From NCBI GenBank assembly GCA_963733195.1, contig CAVTCR010000070.1:1-64000 (forward strand): a stretch of 64,000 bases of DNA, in the 5' to 3' direction. Under the pieces are notes generated by a model. That model searched no databases. It was given only the letters and a program-made list of their open reading frames with translations, and was not told where the DNA came from. Shown piece by piece: positions 44,313 through 54,438 of the stretch. Position numbers and translations under genes: made by a program. Origin of the DNA: an uncultured delta proteobacterium. GTDB taxonomy: Bacteria; Desulfobacterota; Binatia; Bin18. Numbering within the stretch: position 1 is the stretch's first letter; each line of letters begins with the position of its first letter.

Positions 44313-47273
44313 ATGAGTTCGTCTCTCTTGCATTTCCCCCCTTTTCGCCTTGACCCGAGCAATGAGCGGCTCTGGCGTGAGACGGTGGAGATTCCGCTCC
44401 GACCCAAAACCTTCGCCGTGCTGCGTTATTTGGTGGAACATCCGGAGCAACTCGTCACGAAAGAGGATCTGCTGAACGCGGTCTGGGCTGGAACGGTGGT
44501 GGGGGAAGATGCGCTGACGGGGTGTATCCGTGATTTACGCAAAGTCTTAGGAGACGAGGCGAGGAGGCCGCACTACATCGAGACCGTGCATCGGCGGGGA
44601 TATCGCTTCATTGCGAGAAGTAGCCAACAGTCAACAAGAAGAGGAAAGGCAAAAGTCAAAAGGCAAAAGATCAAAAGGCAAAAGTAGAGGAGCAAGAGAT
44701 AGAGATAGGGACACAGACAGAAAAGACGGAGACAGAGATAGAGACAGAGGCGGACAAGACAGAACTAAACGATGTTGGACTGCGGACACTGGACGTTCAG
44801 ATATCGAACCCCTAGCATTCAACACCCAGCACCTAATCCTCAGTCCTCAGTCGGTAGCCTGGATGAAGCGCAGCGGAATCCAGGGGAAAAGTTTGAGACA
44901 GAGACCCGGATTTCACCTCGTTCCATCCGGGCTACCGAACTAGCGACTGAGACCCGGAAGCTGGCGGCCATCATGTTCACCGCCATCGTGGGCTTTAGCC
45001 GCCAGATGGGCAGCCAACGAAGCCCGTACGCTGCGGTTGCTGGACACCCATAATCAGATCATTCAACGCGCGGTCGCCGAGCATCACGGCACGGTCATCA
45101 AAACGATCGGTGATGCCTTCCTGGTCGATTTTCCCTCCGTCGTCCACGCCGTGCAGTGCGCCCAGCGATTCAGGCGCAGTTGCGCGAGCATAACAACGCG
45201 AGAAAGAGCAAAGCCGAACAGATTCATGTCCGCATCGGCATTCACTCAGGTGATATCGTCCAGACGCGATGGTGATGTGTTCGGCGATGGAGTCAACATC
45301 GCGTCACGGCTGCAGAGTCTCGCCGAACCGGATACCGTCTATATCTCACAGAAAGTACTATGAAGAGGTAGCCAAGAAACTGGAATTGGGGACAGTCATT
45401 TCGCTGGGCACGTCCGCAGCTGAAGAACATCGCCGAACGGTTCCAGGTCTATGCGTTGCTGCCGGAGACACCCAAGGGCATCCGACGGGTCTCTGCAAGT
45501 ACAGTGGCTGAGAGCTTCACGTACGGGTGCGCCCTGCGCACCAAGTGGCGATAGGCCTCGTGCTGCTCGTAGGCGCAATCACAGCCCCTGGTATCTCGCT
45601 CGTTCCCCACTCAGTCCTCAACCCTCAGTCCTAGCCCCAAGCCGCCCAGCAGCGCTGCCGCTGCCCGACAAACCCTCAATCATTATCCTGCCCTTCGACA
45701 ACATGAGCGGCGATCCCGGCCAAGACTACTTCAGTGACGGCCTGACCGAAGTCCTGACCAGCGACCTCTCCAAGATCTCCAGTCTCTTTGTCATCGCGCG
45801 CAATTCTGCGTTCACCTACAAAGGCAAGGCGGTGAAGGTCCAAGATGTGAGTCGGGAGATGGGTGTGCGCTATGTGTTGGAAGGGGGAGTGCAGAGAGCG
45901 GAGGAGCAGGTGCGGATCACGGCGCAGTTGATCGACGCCACCACCGGCTATCATCTCTGGTCCGAGCGCTACGACCGCCCCTCAGGGATATCTTTGCCCT
46001 GCAAGATGAGATCGTGCAGAAGATCGTGACGACGCTGAACCTCCAGCTCACGTTGCAGGAGCAAGGGATCCATCGTGCGCAAACACACGGACAACCTGGA
46101 GGCCTATGACGCCTTCTTGCGTGGGGTGGAGTACTGTTGCCGCATCACGAAAGAGGCCAATGCCCAGGCGCGGCAGATGTATGAGAAAGCCATTGCGCTG
46201 GACCCGCAGTATGCCGAGGCGTACGCGGCGCTGGGTTGGACCTACTAGATGGAGTGGATCTTGGCGCTGGAGTGCGGACCCCCAGACCCTGGAGCGGCGT
46301 TGGAACTGGCGCAACAGGCCCTTGCCCTGGATGACTCCCTGCCTCTGGCCCATGCGCTCTTGGGCATGGTCTATGCGCAGAAACAGCAGTCTGACCAAGC
46401 CATGGCTGAAGGGGAGCAGGCGGTCGCCCTCGATCCCAACTATGCTGACAGCTATGCATGGCAGGCGGAGGTGCTGAATTTCGCGGGCAGGCCAGAGGAA
46501 GCCCTACGGGCGGTGGAGCAGGCGATGCGGCTCAACCCCCGCTATCCGCCCCTGTACTTGGTCGAATTGGGCTGGGCCTATCGCTCGACCGGGCGGTATG
46601 CCGAGGCGATCGCCGCGCTGCAGGAACTCATCCGCCGGAACCCCAATTTTCTGTTTGCCCACGTTCACCTGGCTGTCAGCTACTTGTTGCAGTGGCTCTC
46701 GCAACAGAGCCCGGATGCCCAGACGTTGGAGCAGGCAATGGCGGCGGCGCAACGGGCCCTGGCCCTCAATGACTCCTTGTCCTGGAGCCACATGGTCTTG
46801 GGCTTGTCTATCTTGAACAGCAGTATGACCAGGCCCTGGCGGAGATGGAGCGGGCCGTGGCCCTCGCTCCCAACGAGGCGGTGAGCTATGCGGCGCTGGC
46901 TGAGGTGCTGAGCTGTGTGGGCAGGACGGAGAGGCTCTGGAGGCCGCCGCACAGGCGCTGCGCCTCAAGCCCCATGCGGACGACCACTTAGCAGCGTCGG
47001 CACCGCCTATACGATGGCCGGGCGCTACGAGGAGGCGCGTGCTCCCTTGCAGCGCTACCTCAGCCGCTACCCCAACATTCTGGCTGCCCATCTCATGTTG
47101 GCTGCGGTCTACAGCGAGTTAGGCCAAGAAGCGAGGCCCGGGCCGAGGCAGCGGAAGTCCTGCGGCTCAATCCGAAGTTCTCGCTAGAGGTTCACAAGCA
47201 GCGAATGCCGATCAAAGATCCAGCGGTGTTGGAGCGGCATATTGCCGCGTTGCGCAAGGCAGGGCTCAAATAA
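44313..47273 (+). CDS. wHTH-adenylate/guanylate cyclase-TM-TolB-like-TPR regulator (many frameshifts)
   Basis: FPPFRLD...ETVHRRGYRFI; RKLAAIMF; KTIGDAF; GDGVNIASRLQ; PDKPSIIILPF; TPRs; ALRKAGLK end, paralogous to the 38791 gene. Confidence 0.82.
44854..44935. repeat. GTAG-type REP doublet inside coding sequence
   Basis: GTAGCCTGGATGAAGCG..GGAATCCAGG / CCCGGATTTC..CCATCCGGGCTAC. Confidence 0.75.
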
Positions 47274-48018
47274 TGGAGAATGAAAAATTGAGAATGGAGA
47301 ATGAGGAATGCGGAATGGAGAACGAGGAATGAAGAAGTGAAGGAGTAGAGGGGAATGGGAAAGAATGAAGGGTGAAGAGTGAAAAAAGATGAGGGGATGA
47401 ATGCTGAACACTGAATGAAAAAGGAGTGACTGCAGAAATCGCAGGACACAGCTGAGCGCCGGAGTTGTCGGTGCGCGGAGTACGGTCTATAGCTCTATTC
47501 CTAGACTATTCAGTGGCATACCCACTCTACGCTGCCGTGGATACAGACCGCACGGACGTAATCGGAATGATCTCGCTGAGCGGAAGGGGTATAGGCAGAC
47601 AACGTTAAAAACTCAGCTCACTGGCGGATGTTGCACGATCTCCAGTGCCAGTTCCCGCAATTCCGTGGAAAGTTCTGCAAGTCCGCTGAGCGGAACGCTA
47701 CGCGGACCGATGTCCGTCGGTTGCTGCAAGGAGCGAAGTACTCGAAAAGCGTCAACCCGACAGCTCGACGCTCGGCTGTGTTGATCCTAGAGCAGAATAT
47801 GCTCGTTGAGTTCAAGACGTCGCAGGTTCTCCTGGCAGCAAAGGAAATATACAGGGCGTATCGCTGGTTTCCATCGGTGAGATGAAGAAGTTAGATGGTC
47901 GTCACTGTGGGTCAACCTGATCACCTTCTTGATAGGCTGTCACGAATAATCTCACCATAGTTATTGGGGCCTAGGCTAGTTAACTAATTGTCTTGCGCAT
48001 AGGTTTTTCTCTTTGTGA

Positions 48019-50637
48019 CTACACCATCCGTCGCATCAGTAGCTCTAAGAAATACACCGCCATTGCCAGTGGAATGAGGTAGGGCAGCAAAGAGTGCTGT
48101 TCCGGCGAGGCGACCGGCAGTACAAGAGACGCAACGTCTGGATTAATAGTCCCGCCGGTCGCAGCGGCTAACGCTTCAAGTAACGGCGTGTTCGGTTGCG
48201 GCTGTGGCACCTCGGCTGCGTGTTGCGGTGGCAGCGTGTACCCCAGTGGCCCCAGATTCTCTCCTGTCGGCAGCGTCACCTCAATGCGATAGTCCCCCAC
48301 TTTGGTGGTTCGATGAACACCTTGATAGTGACCAGGAGCGAGTCGTTGAAGTGCGAGCGAAGCATCTGCATCATCAGGGCCGCTGACTCGAGCAAATGCA
48401 CTTCTCCCTTCTTCGTTGGGACCATAGGAGAATACGTCGATCGCCAAGCCGTCGTCGGTGTGTCCTAACTCAACGGAAAAGTGTGGTTGCGTCTGATTTG
48501 CAGTCTTCTCTGGAGACTGATTGCCATCGGCTAAGGTCCAACGGACGGCCTGTTCCCAAAACTTGGCAAATCCGTCCCAACTGACCCACGGTGCAGACCA
48601 TCGTCCATTTGCATCTGAGGTAAAGGCTACCGCTTTTCCTTGACCATACGACCACGAGGCTAACAATGGCGGGCGTTTGCCGTTCACTTGCAGCGATACG
48701 TCGGTCCTGGCTCCAGGCTTTGCCTGGGTTGCGACATACCCTTTGATGGTTGGAAAGGCACGGTTCTCAAGCCCTTGAAGGAGGGGCGAAGCCGGGTTGG
48801 CAATCGGGACGAGGTCTTTTTCGACCATGGTCTTTTCTTCTGGTTTCTTTTCCTGTTGCAGTTCGCTGATGAGCAGGTCGGGGAGATTTTCGGGAGTTGT
48901 GGTGTGGTGAAACGCTCCACCGCCATAGTCGGCGATACGTGACAACAGTCTGAGGTTTGGCTCCTCGCCCACGGCAATAGCTGAAATCGTCATTTTTAGC
49001 TCACGATTCATTACCGAGACGAGATCGAGATACTCTGCCCCACTACCACCAGTCTCACCATCGGTGAGGATAATCATATGCTTCCGTGTGGCTGGTTGTC
49101 GTTCCAATTGTCGCTTCGCTTCTTCAAGGGCGGGTAACAAGAATGTCCCTCCAGAGGGTTTGAGTCGCTCTAATCGGCTATCTACGTCGCCTCGCACAGC
49201 TCCCATCTGTTGAACCGGAATTACCGGGAATGGTTCGGTATCAAAGCCAATGACGCCAAAAAAATCCCGATCCTTTAGGTTTCGCGCAACCGCACGGACA
49301 CCTTCTTTGGCATAGAGTAATTTTGATTCCCGACGCATACTGCCTGAGGTGTCAATGACCAGGACTACTACTGTCGTGTGCTCTTCTTTCTGTGGTGGGG
49401 TAACGGTGACAGGTAAAATCTCTTCGATCTCAGAGCCCTTGTAGCCACCGAGACCCAGGCTTTCTTCTCCACCGACCATGATGAGTCCACCGCCTTGGCG
49501 GACGTAGGTATCAAGTCCTGAAAGTAATGAGTCGGGTAGCTTGTTTCTGGCGACGTTATTGAGAATGACTGTTCGAAACGACGACAACGACGGGATCGAT
49601 GCGGGTAGATCGATAGCCGTTGTCCCTAGCCCGTGATTAGCAAGCACGCGTGCCAGATAGCGATTGTCTTGTGTTCGTGCGCTGACGAGCAAAATCTCTT
49701 TCTCCTTGGCAGAGACGTGAATCCAGGCCGTCGCTTGATTATCCGGTCGAAGCGAATCTTCCGCTGATTCACTCGGAGTGAAAACTGCGCGTAAGGGAAT
49801 CAGCCCATCATTTGTCTCGGGAAACGCAATGGGATGAGTAAAAACTGAGGCTCCAGGAGCGAGTGTTATCGGTTGTTGCCAGACAACTCGATCTTTCTCT
49901 GTCACTTTGAGTTCGCCACGTACAGCGCGGGAATTGGTATTCTCCAATGCGATACGCGCTCGGACCGTTTCCCCACCAGTCGCGGATTGTGGTACACCAA
50001 ACCGTTGAATGGCGATGTTCGGGACCGTCGCAGGAGGTGGCGGAAGAAAGGGATAGATTCTTAATTGTCGTTCCTTCAGCAGCGGGAACAATGATCTTGT
50101 ATCTGTCTCGGGTGTGTCGCTCTTTTCTGTTGAGCTAGAGGCATTTTCGCTGACTTCCCAACCATCGGTAAACAGATAGACATGGCGATTTTGCGTTTCA
50201 TCCAACAGCGCGGTGAGTGCATGTTTCAGGCTGGTGGCATTCAGTTGTAACTCTTCCGGCGGCTTTGTGAGCAACGCCTTTGCCGCACGCCAGTCAACCT
50301 GTTTCGCAGTTCCAGCAAAGATCACTGTTGGTGTGTCAGACTCTGGGCGCAATTGTTGCTCAACGGTTTCTTGTATCCATTGTCGTTGTGGATCAGTTAA
50401 ACTGCGGGAAAGGTCGATGACAAGAAGCGGGATACTTGCTGCACCTGGGCGCAGAGTATGGAGTCCGGCGACAGCAAGAATCAATAGAGCTAAGACGAGT
50501 GAATGTAACAACAAACTGAGAAACAACGGCAAGCGACGAAACGCGCGCCATTGCCAGAGCCAGAACAACGGCAAGAGCAAAAAAAGCGAGAGCAGGTGAG
50601 GTTGGCTAAAATCGTAGGGAGGCAGTGAAGAGAGCAT
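48019..50637 (-). CDS. Membrane protein with VWA and glutamine-amidotransferase-like domains
   Basis: N-terminal TMs; IDLSRS and IDTSGSM MIDAS motifs; YVRQGGGLIMVGG..G.GGY; LTDG; PLLASWSYGQGK. Confidence 0.88.
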   Translation of the reverse strand: MLSSLPPYDFSQPHLLSLFLLLPLFWLWQWRAFRRLPLFLSLLLHSLVLALLILAVAGLHTLRPGAASIPLLVIDLSRSLTDPQRQWIQETVEQQLRPESDTPTVIFAGTAKQVDWRAAKALLTKPPEELQLNATSLKHALTALLDETQNRHVYLFTDGWEVSENASSSTEKSDTPETDTRSLFPLLKERQLRIYPFLPPPPATVPNIAIQRFGVPQSATGGETVRARIALENTNSRAVRGELKVTEKDRVVWQQPITLAPGASVFTHPIAFPETNDGLIPLRAVFTPSESAEDSLRPDNQATAWIHVSAKEKEILLVSARTQDNRYLARVLANHGLGTTAIDLPASIPSLSSFRTVILNNVARNKLPDSLLSGLDTYVRQGGGLIMVGGEESLGLGGYKGSEIEEILPVTVTPPQKEEHTTVVVLVIDTSGSMRRESKLLYAKEGVRAVARNLKDRDFFGVIGFDTEPFPVIPVQQMGAVRGDVDSRLERLKPSGGTFLLPALEEAKRQLERQPATRKHMIILTDGETGGSGAEYLDLVSVMNRELKMTISAIAVGEEPNLRLLSRIADYGGGAFHHTTTPENLPDLLISELQQEKKPEEKTMVEKDLVPIANPASPLLQGLENRAFPTIKGYVATQAKPGARTDVSLQVNGKRPPLLASWSYGQGKAVAFTSDANGRWSAPWVSWDGFAKFWEQAVRWTLADGNQSPEKTANQTQPHFSVELGHTDDGLAIDVFSYGPNEEGRSAFARVSGPDDADASLALQRLAPGHYQGVHRTTKVGDYRIEVTLPTGENLGPLGYTLPPQHAAEVPQPQPNTPLLEALAAATGGTINPDVASLVLPVASPEQHSLLPYLIPLAMAVYFLELLMRRMV

Positions 50638-50736
50638 GAGGCAATCTGTCCGTCAGCCAAGTACAAATTCAAAAGGCAGCGCACTGCGCTGCCCTTGATC
50701 TTACGATGGACGCGGACAGAGAGGAAGCATCCGTGG

Positions 50737-51840
50737 TTAGTTTGCCAGGTTATACAACTCGGCGACGTTATCGTGAAGAATGTAGTTTTTCTCTTGCTCG
50801 GTGAGATGTGCGGTATGTTTCTGCAACAACTCTTGCGAGTACGGCCAGGTTGAGTCGCTGTGAGGAAAGTCATTCGCCCACATCAGGCGACGCACGTTGC
50901 ACATGTCTTTCATTCTGAACGCCACCCAGTCATCCTGGAAGGTCAAATAGATATGCTCACGGAAGTATTCGCTCGGCATTTTGGAGAGCTTTCCTGCGGT
51001 GAGCCAGTAGCGATGGCGATCGTACGCATGATCCATGCGGTACATGTAATGCGGTGCCCAGCCAGCATCGGCTTCGACACAGACGATTTTCAGTTTGGGA
51101 TGACGCTCGAAGACGCCGCTGAGAATGAAAGTGCCCATGATGTCCTGGCAGCCGCGGATAATAGATAGGAACCCATTCATCTTTGGTCCGCGCGGTGGTG
51201 CTCCGACCACATCTCCCTTACTGGTAAGGATGTGGAAGCTAAGGGGCATCTGCATATCGATGGCTGCTTCAAAGAAGGGGCCATACATCGGATCATCGTA
51301 ATCGGCGACTTGCGGGTTGCCGGGCATCATGACGCCACGCAGTCCCAGCGCCTTCATTTTGCGCAGATCTTCAATGCCTTCGTCTACCGATCGCATCGCG
51401 GTTTGTCCGAGACCGATCAGACGCTCTGGATTGGAAGAAGCATACTCAGCGATCCACAGATTGTAGGCATCAAAGCAGGCTTTTTTATAGTCGAAATCAG
51501 GATGGTTGCAGAGCAACATGCCGACGGTGGGATAGAGAATCTCTGCGGCGACGCCGTCGCGATCCTGGTCAGCGAGGCGGGCCTTAGGGTCCCAGCCGCC
51601 ACGGTGCAGTTCTTCAAATTTGGCACCAAAGGTTTGTAGCTCTTCGGCTTTTTTCCCGGCTGCAGCAACCAAGCCCATTGGGATCGGTTGATTGAGACCA
51701 TCGATGATAAAGAGGTCACCTTTCTTTTCATCACGAACGATATGTGGGGCGGTGTCTTTGTATTTGTGGTCGATACGATCCACGTATGTCCCCGGTGGCT
51801 CGGTAATGTGTGAGTCCGAAGAAATGATCGGCTTCAACAT
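50737..51840 (-). CDS. Amidohydrolase_2 family protein
   Basis: ISSDSH; QDRDGV..EILYP; SFHI; FERHP; MWANDFPH. Confidence 0.93.
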   Translation of the reverse strand: MLKPIISSDSHITEPPGTYVDRIDHKYKDTAPHIVRDEKKGDLFIIDGLNQPIPMGLVAAAGKKAEELQTFGAKFEELHRGGWDPKARLADQDRDGVAAEILYPTVGMLLCNHPDFDYKKACFDAYNLWIAEYASSNPERLIGLGQTAMRSVDEGIEDLRKMKALGLRGVMMPGNPQVADYDDPMYGPFFEAAIDMQMPLSFHILTSKGDVVGAPPRGPKMNGFLSIIRGCQDIMGTFILSGVFERHPKLKIVCVEADAGWAPHYMYRMDHAYDRHRYWLTAGKLSKMPSEYFREHIYLTFQDDWVAFRMKDMCNVRRLMWANDFPHSDSTWPYSQELLQKHTAHLTEQEKNYILHDNVAELYNLAN

Positions 51841-52011
51841 GCAATCCTCCTGTGTCGCGTCTGAATTTTTGAGTACGCGCGTTCTCTTAATTGTATAGCT
51901 GTGATTTGTTGTGGGGTGAAGAGGGCGACCCGCTCAACTCAGTCGGGCTTTTTACTTCCGAAGAGTTCTCATCAGTAAACAGCGAGATGAATCGACGCAA
52001 AGAGCCGTTCA

Positions 52012-52433
52012 TTAAGGCTTTTGCGAAGGTTCCACCTGTTCAACAAATTCCTCAGGATTAAGAACTCTGACCTCCGTTTGTCGGAAGTGCTTTTTGTTCC
52101 GAGTGACGATAGTCTCAACGTTTGCTGTCTTTGCGGCTTCGAGTTGCAGAGCATCTTCAAAATCGGGGAGAGTCGTTGTATATGCCGTCTCGAGCGCTTC
52201 CTCAGTCAGAGACACAACAGCAAAGCCCTGAAGGATCCCCTGCACGGCCTGACGCGCCGCTTTTTCTCCTCGGGTTCTGCGGCGAAAATAGTACAGAATG
52301 GGAGGAGTCAACGCAGACACGTACCCACTGGCCTGTCTATTCTTCACACAGTTGAGGACTGCCAAGCTCGCCTCCCAGCCCTGCCTTTGGCGAAAGACAT
52401 CCTCGAATATGTTAATGTCCACGAGAATTTCAT
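52012..52433 (-). CDS. PIN-domain toxin (probable 1-nt loss just after ATG)
   Basis: ILVDINIF; DFEDALQ; IVTRN.KHF; ATG overlaps the antitoxin stop. Confidence 0.85.
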
Positions 52434-52687
52434 TTGTTGGCAAAGCGGGCAGCAATGATGTCACGTCGCTCTCTTTTTTCTTCGGCAAGACTTAACGGAG
52501 GATCGCTCCCTACCAGGTTCAACAATTGCGGATCAACGCGGATATGAGGATATTTGCGCTGAAAGGCGGCTCGTACTGAAGCGGGTTTTGGCTTTTGTAA
52601 AGCTGCCGCTTTTCGTTCGACGAGAGACAAGCGGCGTTTGAGTTCTTGAATTTCTTTGAGGATATTTTCCTGACGCTCAGTCTTCAT
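52430..52687 (-). CDS. Putative antitoxin
   Basis: Short ORF with GGAG RBS, coupled to the PIN gene. Confidence 0.6.
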   Translation of the reverse strand: MKTERQENILKEIQELKRRLSLVERKAAALQKPKPASVRAAFQRKYPHIRVDPQLLNLVGSDPPLSLAEEKRERRDIIAARFANK

Positions 52688-52740
52688 CGCATGCTCCAAA
52701 TCTCTCTTTCTTTCGAGAAATGATCCCATGACCCAATCAC

Positions 52741-54438
52741 TTAATGACTCAATTCTTCAATCAGCGCCTTCGTCTCTTGCAAATCTTTCGTCTCGAACCC
52801 CTCAGTAAACCAGTTGTAGACCTCGGACAACAGCTTGTGAGCTTTGGTCCGCTTCCCTTGTTGTTGCCAGAGACGTGCGAGGCTCGCGGTGGCACGGAGT
52901 TCCCAAGATTTAGCTTGTTGCTTCTGGGCGATGTCGATCGCTTTGAGGAAGCAGACTTCGGCCTCGGATTGGGTTTTGGGATTTAGGATCGGGGGTCTAG
53001 AATCTGAAATTTTTGATTTCTGACTTTTACCCTTTGACCATTCGACTACGCTCACCTGTGCCTGCGGCACTGGCGCAGGCAGGATAAACTCCGGCAACGA
53101 AGCAATCTCTGTTTCAGGCAAAGATTGCTTCACTACACTCGCAATAACTTGCTCCTTTGAGTTTTTGGATAGTCCGTAAGTTCTATTCCGACGCCCCAAA
53201 GCAAGCTCCAGCTTTTCCAGCTTCTCTTCAGGACTATCGCTATTCTGGAATCCGAGCCTGTACTGCATGTGTTCAATCACCGGATACAGAGCACTGTTTT
53301 GGTGATACGGCGAATAGTGCAATTCCAGGCAGCTCGTACGCTCTTGCGTGAGAGATTCTTTGAGCGCCTCGACCAGCCGTGATTTGCCAATGCCTGGCTC
53401 GCCGCTGAGCAGTACGACTTGCCCTGCACCATCTTTTACCTGTGTCCAGCGCTCTTGTAAGAGTCCGTACTCATGTTCGCGCCCGACCAGCGGCGTGAGC
53501 CCTTTGCGTGCGATGACCTGAAACCGACTGTGAGCTTCGCCCTCTTTGACTACACGATAGAGCGTCAGCGGGGTCGAGATCCCTTTCAGTTCTGGACTGC
53601 CCCGGTCTTCGCACTCAATCAACCCTTCGACCAGGCGATACGTGGTTGTGCTGATCACTACTTCATCGGGATTGGCCATTCCTTGCACCCGAGCGGCGAT
53701 GTTCGGCGTCTCGCCCAGTGCGAGCTGCTCATGACGGCTGCCTCCGCCGATCTCTCCAATCACGACTAACCCGGTATGAATGCCGATGCGAACTTGCAAG
53801 AGTGGTGTAAGCGCGGGGTCTGTAGGGGCACGGCGCCGCCTTGCCCCTACGGTGGCCTGTATCTGATCGTTCAGGCGTGGCAATTCTGCGAAGATCTCTA
53901 ACCCCGTTCGCACCGCCCGTCGCGCGTCATCTTCATGCGCAACTGGGTAACCGAAGTACACCAACAATCCATCGCCCAGATACTGCGCAAGGTAACCCTC
54001 ATGCCGCTGGATGACCTGGGCACAAGTTTGCTGATACCGTTGCACGACGGTCCGGTAGTCTTCGGGATCAAGTTGTGTTGACAGCGCTGTTGAGCCCACT
54101 AGATCACAGAACATTACCGTGAGTTGGCGGCGTTCGGCGGCTGGGGACTGGGTGTTAGGTGTTGGGTGTTGGGGACTGAGAACTGACAACTGAGAACTGA
54201 CGACTTCCTTTTCGCCTTTTGCCCCTTTCCCCTTTTCGCCCTCTTCTGCCGTCCCCACCAAAACCAGTACCTTGCCGTTTTCATCAGTAGCAAGGCGCTT
54301 GGCGTCGATGAGTTCGTCTTTCAGGGCGTCGAGTACGTCATCGTTCAGATTGAATTCGAGCTTGAGGGCACGGTAGGAGACGCGCCCCTCGCGCTGAAGC
54401 CAAGCCATCGTTTGCGCTACGACTTGTGAAAATTTCAT
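52741..54438 (-). CDS. Adenylate cyclase-AAA-TPR protein with large in-frame internal deletion
   Basis: ERRQLTVMFCDLVGST; YLGDG; GETPNIAAR; Walker A GEPGIGKS; no Walker B; jumps to EAEVCFLKAI...WFTEGF. Confidence 0.85.
   Translation of the reverse strand: MKFSQVVAQTMAWLQREGRVSYRALKLEFNLNDDVLDALKDELIDAKRLATDENGKVLVLVGTAEEGEKGKGAKGEKEVVSSQLSVLSPQHPTPNTQSPAAERRQLTVMFCDLVGSTALSTQLDPEDYRTVVQRYQQTCAQVIQRHEGYLAQYLGDGLLVYFGYPVAHEDDARRAVRTGLEIFAELPRLNDQIQATVGARRRRAPTDPALTPLLQVRIGIHTGLVVIGEIGGGSRHEQLALGETPNIAARVQGMANPDEVVISTTTYRLVEGLIECEDRGSPELKGISTPLTLYRVVKEGEAHSRFQVIARKGLTPLVGREHEYGLLQERWTQVKDGAGQVVLLSGEPGIGKSRLVEALKESLTQERTSCLELHYSPYHQNSALYPVIEHMQYRLGFQNSDSPEEKLEKLELALGRRNRTYGLSKNSKEQVIASVVKQSLPETEIASLPEFILPAPVPQAQVSVVEWSKGKSQKSKISDSRPPILNPKTQSEAEVCFLKAIDIAQKQQAKSWELRATASLARLWQQQGKRTKAHKLLSEVYNWFTEGFETKDLQETKALIEELSH
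53038..53148. repeat. Nested palindromic (RPE-like) elements in frame
   Basis: GAAGCAATCT..AGATTGCTTC hairpin adjoining TTCGACTACGCTCA..GGATAAACT, itself interrupted by a CCTG..CAGG palindrome. Confidence 0.65.
53822..53850. repeat. GTAGGGGCA REP inside cyclase domain; related copy at 54487-54515
   Basis: GTAGGGGCACGGCGCCGCCTTGCCCCTAC, read as VGARRRRAPT. Confidence 0.75.

Noticed and set aside
47430-48010. 85-aa ORF 47628..47885 and AT-rich spacer
   Set aside because: No RBS or family motif recognised
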